The notes beneath the pieces were generated by a model. That model worked only from the letters and a program-made list of their open reading frames with translations, did not search any database and had not been told where the DNA came from. DNA of 64,000 nucleotides, from NCBI GenBank assembly GCA_031411295.1, contig JANOAV010000192.1, positions 36,675 to 100,674 on the forward strand, given 5' to 3'. A program made the translations under genes and the position numbers. Below, one piece after another: positions 1-8,700 of this stretch. Source of the DNA: Verrucomicrobiales bacterium (GTDB lineage: Bacteria; Verrucomicrobiota; Verrucomicrobiia; Verrucomicrobiales; V1-33). Every line of letters begins with the position of its first letter. The first letter of the stretch is position 1.

Positions 1-3000
1 GAGCAATTTCTTCGTGGGTGAAGTGGCTGGCACAGGTGTTTACAACCTTTCTGGCACGGGCGTGGCGAATGTTCCGGTGCTGAGTTTCGGGCAAAATGCC
101 GCCTCCACCGGAACCGTGAATTTGGATGGAGGCACGCTGGCTGCGAATCAGATTGTGAAAGTAAATGCCGGAGCCACGGCTACGTTTAATTTCAATGGCG
201 GCACGCTGAAAGCCAACAGTGGAGCCAATGCAGCGTTCCTAACAGGACTGACCAATACCTTTGTGAAAGCTGGCGGAGCCATCATCGACACCAACGGCAA
301 CGCCATCACCATCGGCCAGAATTTGCTCACGGACACGGTTTCGCTGGGCGGCGGACTGACGAAAAATGGGACTGGCACGCTGACCTTGGCGGGGGCAAAT
401 TCCTACACGGGCCTAACCACAGTGAATGCAGGCACGCTGGCGCTATCGGGCGCAGGAAGCCCCAGCAACCGTGTGTTCAACACCACGGTAAATACCGGAG
501 CCACCTTGCAATTGCTGGATAACAATCAGATTGGCACCAGCACTGTGACGCTAAATGGCGGCACATTTGATCTGAACACGAAGATCGAGTATTTCGATAC
601 TCTGGCCATGAGCAGCAATGCCTCCGTGATTGGCACCGGAGCCAGCGCTTTCACACTGGAGCACGCAGGAACGGCTGTCATTTCCGCCACGGGCGGTGGG
701 AATGCGGGCACCATTTCCGCTGGCTTCGGCATCACATCGCAGTTCGGAGTGGCTCCCAATGCCGCCCGCACCGCGCAATTTAACATCGCAGCCAGCACAA
801 ACCTAACAGTCTCTGGAATCATTCGGGATACCCTGGAAGGCACCAGCAATGTTGGCAGTGTGGACAAGACAGGCGCGGGCACATTGCTGCTCTCGGGAGC
901 CAATACTTTCACGGGCGTAACCTCCGTTTCCAACGGCACGCTGGCACTGGCTGGGGCAGGCTCCATCAATAACAGCAGCAGCATCACGGTGAATGGCAGC
1001 GGGGCGAAATATCTCCATAACAGTTCCGTGGCCAGCACGCGTGCCATCACACTCACACAGGGGACGCTCGACGGGACGGGCACGGTGGGAAATGTAACGG
1101 TGGGCAGCGGCACCGGCGGCATTGTCACGAATGGCGATGGTGGTTCCAGCGCACTGACGATTGGAAATCTGACGTTTGGCGGAGCCGCCACCATCACCGC
1201 ACGCGTCTCCGCAGCGGCCAATCCAGGGATCGTAGTTAGTGGATTGCTCACCAGCGCGGCCGGCATCACGATGAATGCCTCAAACACGGCTTGGACGAAT
1301 GGCCAAGAATATCGCCTGCTGGGATACAGCACGTTTACTGGGTCGCTGAGCGATTTCACGAAGGGCACCATTGCGAATCTGGGAGCACGTCAAAGCGCCA
1401 CGCTGACGAATCCGACTGGTTACATAGCGCTATCGATTGCTGGGGACGCCCCGGTCTGGCGTGGCACGGGCGATGCCACTTGGACTTCGGTAGTGCAGAC
1501 GCCCAAGAACTGGGTGCTGCAAAGCAATAGCGCCACGCCGACGGATTTCTTCGTGGCGAATGACACCCCGATCTTCGATGACACGGCCACTGGCAGCACG
1601 GCGGTGGGTATCACGGAAAATGTCAATCCCGCCAGCGTGGTCTTTAACAACAGCAGCTTAAACTACACGCTGAACAGCAGTGGTGGCTTCGGGATTACGG
1701 GTGGAACCCTGCTGAAACAAGGCACTGCTGCACTCACCATCAACACCGCCAATACCTTCAGCGGTGGCACAACGCTGAATGCAGGCGCGCTGAATTTGAA
1801 CAACGCTTCTGCCATCGGCATGGGCACCTTCATCATCGCAGGCGGAACGCTGGACAACACCAGCGGCGGAGCCATCACGCTGAGCACCAACAATGCTATC
1901 ACGCTCAATAGCGATCTAACCTTCGGCGGAACCAATGCGCTGAATCTCGGCACCGGGGCGCTGGGACTGAGCGCGAATCGCACGTTCACCACGAATGGCA
2001 CGGCACCGCTAACCATCGGTGGCGTTATCAGTGGCTTGGGTTCCACGCTGACTAAAGCAGGAAATGGCACGTTGAATCTGGCGGGAGCCAATACCTTCAG
2101 CGGTGGTGCCATCGTCAACGCAGGCACGTTGATTCTGAGTGGAAATAACACCATTTCCGGTGGTCTGACTGTGAACGCCGGAACGCTGGTGATCAATGCT
2201 GTGCAAAGTTTCACGGGCGGAGTGCTCATCAATGGCGGCACCGTTCAGACCGGGAATACTGGCGCGTTCAATACCGTGGCCCCTAACGTGGTAACGTTCG
2301 GCCCGGCCAGCACCGGAACGCTGCAACTGAATGGCAACAACGTAACCATCGGCGGGCTTATTTCTGATGCCAACCTGGGCAGCCCCATCGTGGAAAACGG
2401 AGCGGCGGGCACGGCAACTCTCACGGTTAGTAATTCCGGCCCCAATACCTACGTTGGTCTGCTGCGAGATGGTGCCGCTGGTGTGCTGGCGCTGACCAAG
2501 GCTGGCAGCGGCACGCTGATCATTTCCGGCAGCAACACCTACACGGGCGCCACGGCCATTAAATCTGGAGTCTTGGAAATTCCTGCCAGCACGGCCCTTG
2601 GAGCTTCTAGCAATGTGACTATCAACAGTAGTGGCATTTTCCGCATCGCTGGAAATACGACCATTTCCCAACCGCTGAATCTGGTGTTGGGAGGACCGGC
2701 GGCCTTCGGGACCGGCGGCGGGGCTAACTCCACCGCCAACTTCACGGTGGATGTGCCGAGCGGAAGCTCCGTGGTGATGAGTGGCGCTGTCACTAACGCC
2801 AGCGGCAGCTTCATGAAGACCGGAGCGGGCGCGCTGACATTTACCAACAGCGGCACGAATAGCATCGCAAGCGTGGCGGCACTGGCGCTGACGCTGCAAA
2901 ATGGATCGTTAGTCTTCGACGGTGGTGCCACCTCCATTTACAACGTCGGCAGCACTGGTGAATTCACGGTTGGCGATAACACGCCAAACCAAGTGAGCGC

Positions 3001-4879
3001 CACCATTGCCAGCGGCACGATCAATGTTCCCACTTATACTAGTATTGGTCGGGGGAATGGCACCACGGGATTGTCCTCATCATTGAATGTCACGGGCGGC
3101 ACGCTGAACACGCTGAATCTCTTCACGGGCTACGCCAACGGAGTGGCCGGCTACAATGCGAATCCGCAGATCAATATTTCTGGAACAGGGGTGGTGAATG
3201 CAACCACGATTCGTTTTGGAGAATCGGCCGGGACTGGTCTGACTACCGTGAATCTTTCAAACTCCTCCGTGCTCACGGGCACGGGTGATAATCAAATCGG
3301 ATTCGGCGGTCGAGCCGTGGTGAACGTCTCTGGTTCCGCCACCTATAATTTGGCGCTCCTGAATCTCGGGATGGGCAATAACGCTGCCGCCAATGTGGGC
3401 GCTGGGGTGATTAATCAAACTGGCGGCACCGTGCAACAGGCGGGAGCGACTGTAGGAGATTGGATTATCGGTGGGAATGCTGGCGCAAACAACGTGAATG
3501 CCTACGGTGCGTATAACATCAGCGGTGGTGCGTTCAATACCGGCGGACGGAATTTCCAAGTGGGTGCCTACGGACGTGGCGTATTGGATGTCAGCGGCGG
3601 CACAGTGGATGTTAGCAATGGCGGTGGATTCCCTGTCATAGGCCGATTTGCTGGTGGCATGGGAGTGGTCAATATTTCCGGTTCCGGCAGCTTGCGGCAG
3701 AATGCTGCCAGCACACTCTTCATCATTGGTGAAGACGGCTCCGGTGTTCTAAATATCAGCGGCGGAAACTTCACGGTTGCCGCTGGCGCAGGTGCTGCTG
3801 GAAATGGCGGTGGCACGGGCGGCATTCGCCTCGGCCATGTGGCTACGGGCTCCGGCATCCTGAATCTGAATGGCGGCACGGTTACGACCACTGGCATCGC
3901 GGAAAGCGCGGGCGGTGGCAGCAGTGCGGTTTATCTCAATGGTGGCACGGTGATTCCAGCCGCACCTAACCCGGCGTTTATGCAAGGCATCGACAGCGTA
4001 ATCGTGGGACCAGGTGGAGCCATTTTTGACACTAACGGCAAGAACATTACCATTACTCAGGCATTGCAAGCTCCAACCGGATCGGGGCTCCAGACCGTCC
4101 CTCTGCTCAGCGGTGGCAGTGGTTACCTCAGCCAACCCATCGTGCGCATTACCGGTGGTGGCGGCGGCGGGGCAACGGCCATTGCCATCATCAGCGGTGG
4201 CGTGGTCACCGGCATCACCATGACGAATCCCGGCATCGGTTACACCAGTGCGCCTACCGTGAGCTTGCTCGGCGGCGGAGCCCTCACTGAGGCCAGTGTG
4301 GATGGTGCCAATGAGGCCTTCAGCGCCAATGATACCACGGGTGGACTAACTAAGACCGGAAATGGTGTCCTCACCCTCTCCGGCAGCAACACCTATGCTG
4401 GCAGCACGAACCTGAACGGTGGAACGCTTCTGCTGGGTAGCACCACCGCTCTGCCGACCAATGCAAAATTGAACCTCAGCACGGGCACGACCCTGAATAC
4501 AGGCGGTTTTAACGTCAGCACGGGCCAGCTCAATGTGAACGGAAGTGCCGTGATTGATCTCGGCACCACGGACAATTCCACCCTCACATTTGCTGACGCA
4601 GGCGCCTGGTCCGGCATCCTCAACATCTGGAACTACACCGGCGGTGCCGCATGGACCGCCAGCTTGGGAGATAAACTCACCTTCACCAGCCAAGGCACCA
4701 TCAACCTAGCCAACGTCCATTTCTTCAGTGACAACGGCACCGTCGAAGTCGGCACCGGAGGCGCAGGATTCATCGCAGGAAACGAACTCGTTCCCGTCCC
4801 CGAATCCGGTGCAGTCTTTGCTGGCTTGGCGATCCTAGGAGCCATCGGTTTCCGCGAGCGTCGTCGTCGCTCGGCTTAA
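1..4879 (+). CDS. Large autotransporter-associated beta-strand-repeat protein with PEP-CTERM anchor (5'-truncated by window)
   Basis: Repeated GGLTKxGxGTLxLxGxNTYxGxT motifs; C-terminus VPESGAVFAGLAILGAIGFRERRRRSA (VPE, TM helix, basic tail); no beta-barrel translocator; frame is open from the window start. Confidence 0.9.
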   Translation, partial: SNFFVGEVAGTGVYNLSGTGVANVPVLSFGQNAASTGTVNLDGGTLAANQIVKVNAGATATFNFNGGTLKANSGANAAFLTGLTNTFVKAGGAIIDTNGNAITIGQNLLTDTVSLGGGLTKNGTGTLTLAGANSYTGLTTVNAGTLALSGAGSPSNRVFNTTVNTGATLQLLDNNQIGTSTVTLNGGTFDLNTKIEYFDTLAMSSNASVIGTGASAFTLEHAGTAVISATGGGNAGTISAGFGITSQFGVAPNAARTAQFNIAASTNLTVSGIIRDTLEGTSNVGSVDKTGAGTLLLSGANTFTGVTSVSNGTLALAGAGSINNSSSITVNGSGAKYLHNSSVASTRAITLTQGTLDGTGTVGNVTVGSGTGGIVTNGDGGSSALTIGNLTFGGAATITARVSAAANPGIVVSGLLTSAAGITMNASNTAWTNGQEYRLLGYSTFTGSLSDFTKGTIANLGARQSATLTNPTGYIALSIAGDAPVWRGTGDATWTSVVQTPKNWVLQSNSATPTDFFVANDTPIFDDTATGSTAVGITENVNPASVVFNNSSLNYTLNSSGGFGITGGTLLKQGTAALTINTANTFSGGTTLNAGALNLNNASAIGMGTFIIAGGTLDNTSGGAITLSTNNAITLNSDLTFGGTNALNLGTGALGLSANRTFTTNGTAPLTIGGVISGLGSTLTKAGNGTLNLAGANTFSGGAIVNAGTLILSGNNTISGGLTVNAGTLVINAVQSFTGGVLINGGTVQTGNTGAFNTVAPNVVTFGPASTGTLQLNGNNVTIGGLISDANLGSPIVENGAAGTATLTVSNSGPNTYVGLLRDGAAGVLALTKAGSGTLIISGSNTYTGATAIKSGVLEIPASTALGASSNVTINSSGIFRIAGNTTISQPLNLVLGGPAAFGTGGGANSTANFTVDVPSGSSVVMSGAVTNASGSFMKTGAGALTFTNSGTNSIASVAALALTLQNGSLVFDGGATSIYNVGSTGEFTVGDNTPNQVSATIASGTINVPTYTSIGRGNGTTGLSSSLNVTGGTLNTLNLFTGYANGVAGYNANPQINISGTGVVNATTIRFGESAGTGLTTVNLSNSSVLTGTGDNQIGFGGRAVVNVSGSATYNLALLNLGMGNNAAANVGAGVINQTGGTVQQAGATVGDWIIGGNAGANNVNAYGAYNISGGAFNTGGRNFQVGAYGRGVLDVSGGTVDVSNGGGFPVIGRFAGGMGVVNISGSGSLRQNAASTLFIIGEDGSGVLNISGGNFTVAAGAGAAGNGGGTGGIRLGHVATGSGILNLNGGTVTTTGIAESAGGGSSAVYLNGGTVIPAAPNPAFMQGIDSVIVGPGGAIFDTNGKNITITQALQAPTGSGLQTVPLLSGGSGYLSQPIVRITGGGGGGATAIAIISGGVVTGITMTNPGIGYTSAPTVSLLGGGALTEASVDGANEAFSANDTTGGLTKTGNGVLTLSGSNTYAGSTNLNGGTLLLGSTTALPTNAKLNLSTGTTLNTGGFNVSTGQLNVNGSAVIDLGTTDNSTLTFADAGAWSGILNIWNYTGGAAWTASLGDKLTFTSQGTINLANVHFFSDNGTVEVGTGGAGFIAGNELVPVPESGAVFAGLAILGAIGFRERRRRSA

Positions 4880-5039
4880 GCTTAATTCCAAGTTGCGTTC
4901 AAGATGAGGTGATCCCGGAGGGATCTCAGAAATTAGCCGGATTGAGCGGAAGTGATTTGGCTTTCCTTTGAGAATTCCTTGTTGGGCTGATGAACCTTTC
5001 CTTGCAGAGCACCTCTCATTGGGGTAAAAATCAACCGTT

Positions 5040-5606
5040 ATGGGACAAGCAACTCGCCACACCACTCCTTTCATCTCCGTAGCGGAGTATTTGGAGGGAG
5101 AAACGTTAACTGATACGCGTCACGAATATTTCGATGGCGAGGTAACGGCCATGGCAGGAGCCAGCGATTGGCATGAAACGGTGGGCACGAATCTGACCAT
5201 TGATCTGGGTTTACACCTTGAGGGGAAACCCTGCAAAGTCTTCAAAGGCGATCTGAAGCTGCGGCTCAAAATCAATTTGGCCGATGTGTTTTTCTACCCT
5301 GATCTCATGATCGCGTGTGATCCCACAGACAATCACAAGTATTTCCGAGAGCGCCCCACGGTGCTGATAGAGATCCTATCAGAAGACACCCGGAAGGATC
5401 TCATGGAGAAATACCTGATTGATCAAACCATCTCCAGCCTGCAGGAATACATCGTCCTCGGTCAGGATCCCGCGGAGCCAATCGCCTATGTCCATCGTCG
5501 TTCCACTGGCTGGAAACAGGAAATCGTGCGGGAAGGTGAAATCCTCACGATCCCCTCGCTGGAATTTTCCATGCCGCTGCTGCGAACGTATCGAGGACTA
5601 CTCTAA
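5040..5606 (+). CDS. Uma2 (DUF820) family putative endonuclease
   Basis: Motifs EYLEGE..RHEYFDGEVTAMAGAS..H, FYPDLMIACD, PTVLIEILS, SLQEY. Confidence 0.9.
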   Translation: MGQATRHTTPFISVAEYLEGETLTDTRHEYFDGEVTAMAGASDWHETVGTNLTIDLGLHLEGKPCKVFKGDLKLRLKINLADVFFYPDLMIACDPTDNHKYFRERPTVLIEILSEDTRKDLMEKYLIDQTISSLQEYIVLGQDPAEPIAYVHRRSTGWKQEIVREGEILTIPSLEFSMPLLRTYRGLL

Positions 5607-5776
5607 CGCGATCTGTTGCGAGAATTGTGCTTAGAAATCCTCAGTTCATCCATTCTGATTCGTTCAAGTGATGCCCACTCGTTCCGTAATACGAGCAGAT
5701 TGTCAGGAAATTGCTATCGTAACAGCCACTGGATTCCCCTGAGAGAGAGATTCACGATTCGTGGCGCAGCCACCGC

Positions 5777-8700
5777 CTAGGAACGGACTGTTGGATCTCC
5801 CACGCGCATCCGTGGCCCGCTGGCGCGATGGACTCGCAGGGAGAAGCCGTTGCCGTTCTCGTATGGTTCCACGGTGGCCTCCACTTCCAGCACGGGATAG
5901 CGCACGGTGGTCAGTCCGTAGTTGCGATAGGTGGCCGCAAAGAGTTCCGTTTCCACGATGCCAGTGTAGTCCGCCAGGGTGAGAAATTTCATCGGTTCTC
6001 CGGTCACTTGATGATGCGTCCGTTGCTCAATGATGAGGCCGCAGGTCACGATGCGCTGCCCGGCGTATTGGCCAAGATCTTTGATGGAGCAATACGTTTC
6101 CCAGGCAATGTTCGGGAAGAGTTCCAGCGGATGCCCGCTCACGGTGAATCCCAGCAACTCCGTTTCCCACTGCAATTTCTCCAGCAGGCTGGGTTCGTTT
6201 AACGGCACGTTAGGGAAAGCCGCCAGATCCAAGCTGGGCGGTGGAATCAGCCACAATTGGCCGTCCGCCGTGTTGATCTGGAAATGCCGCAACCACTGCT
6301 GCGCTTCCCAGAATTGCGTGGTGCGGCTGTCGCCAAAACAATCGAATCCTCCCACCCGGATCATGGCTTCCATCTCTTCGGCGTTGGGACGCACGCGTTC
6401 GAAGAAGTCTCGCAGGGATTTGAAGTTGATGCGCTTTGCTTCTGTGATGATGCGCTCCACGGTCACATCCCGCAGACCTTTGGTGCGTGTTAGTGGAACG
6501 CGGATACCATCGGGTTCCACGACAAATTTAGGCCCTACGGCAGTGGCTTTTGGCGGGAGAAATTTCAGCCCGATCCGCAGGCATTCCAAGACGTAAACCA
6601 AGGCATCATAGAAGCCTTTGCCATTCGTCAATACGGCCGCCATGAACTCGGCAGGGTGATATCGTTTCAGCCACGCGGCCTGATACGCCTCCACCCCGTA
6701 AGCCGTGGAATGAGCTTTGCAGAAAGCATAGCCAGCGAACCCGCTCACCAGATCCCACACTTCCATGGTGCGCAGCGACGTATGTCCGCGCGCGATGGCG
6801 CTGTCGAAAAACTCCAGTCGCACCTGCTCGATGACCTCGCGTTTCCCCTTGCTCAAGGCCCTGCGCAGCACATCTGCCCGACCCGGATTCAGTCCGGCAA
6901 ACGTTTCGCAAATTTGCAGGATATGTTCTTCGTAAATCACCAGACCGTAGCTGTCGCTCAGGCATTCTTGGAGGGAGGGATCGGGATAGGTCGTCTCTTC
7001 CATGCCTTGATAGCGGCGGGTGAAACGCAGTTTCTTCTGCTCATTGGCCGCCCCGGGACGGATTACGCTAACAATAGCTGCGAGACCATCAATTTCCTGC
7101 ACGTTCGTCATTTTGCAAAGACTCACCATGGCAGGCGATTCAATATGATGGACGCCCCGCCCACCACCGCCGGAAATCATCGCCCAGACTTCCGGGTCCT
7201 TCCATGGTTCCAGCGCTTCGAGGTCCACCCCCACCGTGGCGGGCGACGTTAGGAGACCGGCATCCCGCCAAGCTTTTCCCTCGTTGTGGGTTGCTGGTCT
7301 CGTTACCTCGCCCTCTACGGAATTGTTAATTGCCTCACAGGCATCGCGCATCACAGCCAAGCCGCCTTGGGCTAGGATATCCAGCTTCACGAGGCCCATG
7401 GCTTCCACGGCATCCATGTCGAAATGCGTGGTGGCGTAGCCCTTGTTCGCGACAAACGTCGGACACAACTCCGTCATTTTTCCAGGTGAGAGCACCACGC
7501 CGCACGGATGCATTTTAGGATAACGCGGGAAGCCATCGAGAAACACCGCCGTGAGCAACGCGGTGCGATACGGTTCTTCATCCAGCGGCAGATCGCTGCA
7601 TTCCGGACGAACCCGCAATCGCTCTATGAGATCTTCCCCCACCTTGGCTCTGCCTTCCGGCACCCATCCGCCACCGAAGCTCCACGGGAAATGTTCCGTG
7701 AATCTTCGCACCTCCCGCTCTGCCACGCCCAGCACCTTGGCCACTTCGGCAAAGGCGCTGCGGGCTTGGAACGTCGAGAATCCGCCTACGACCGCACAAT
7801 GATCCTCACCATATTTCGCGAACAATAATTTCACCACATCGTCTTTCCGATCATGCGGAAAATCCAAGTCGATATCCGGCAACTTATTCATCGCCATCCG
7901 CTCCCGATTCAGGAATCGGCGGAAATAAAGTTTAAACCGAATGGGACACACGCCACTGATTTTCAGGCAGTAACACACCAGCGAATCCGCCGCACTACCG
8001 CGTGTGATCCACTCAATCCCAGCGGCCTTGCAGGCTTGCAGCAAGTCCCAGACGACCAGGAAATATTCCTCGTAACCCACCTCGAAGATCATCCCCAACT
8101 CTTCTTCGATCTGCCCATAATGTTGCGTGGCCCGATGCCCATAGCGGGCGTGCAGTCCCTGAAAAACCAGCGTTCGCAGGAATTCATGCGGCGTGCTGCC
8201 ATCCGGCGGCGTGAAGGCAGGAAACAACGGTGGCCCCAGCGGCAACACGAATTTACACCGATCCGCAATCTCCCGCGTAGCCGCCAGCAAGGTCGGATGC
8301 GAGCGCTCCACCGATGCCATTTCTGCTGGCGTTCGGAAATGATAGCAACCGCCGAGTCGCTTGGCGGGATGTGATTCCCGCAGCAACGTTAGGGTGCGGA
8401 TGGATTGAATGATTTCCCACTGCTGCCGATCCTCGGGCTTGGCGTAATGGATGCGCGGACACAGGATCTGCGCATTGCCAGGCAAGCGCTTTCCGGCCGC
8501 AGCACGATAGAATCGATCCGGGAAAATTTCCGCCAGACTGGCATCCGGACTGATCGCCAGCAAGCCCGTGTGACGCAGCGCCAGTTCCTCTCGTTTGAAG
8601 TTGCGCTGCCCATCACCCGTGAGCAACGCGCAGAGATTATGATAGCCCGTGGTGTCTGCGGCGTAGAGCAGGACAGGCTTTCCAGCAACGTGGATTTCCG

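Noticed and set aside
1..4879. Classical type V autotransporter
   Set aside because: No C-terminal beta-barrel or terminal aromatic residue; it ends in a PEP-CTERM signal
5040..5606. Uma2 nuclease as part of a defence or repair system with the polymerase fusion
   Set aside because: Convergent orientation, no LexA box seen, and Uma2 genes are commonly scattered singletons
7236..7318. Intein in DnaE
   Set aside because: Insert is only about 28 aa and lacks N-terminal C/S and C-terminal HN splice motifs
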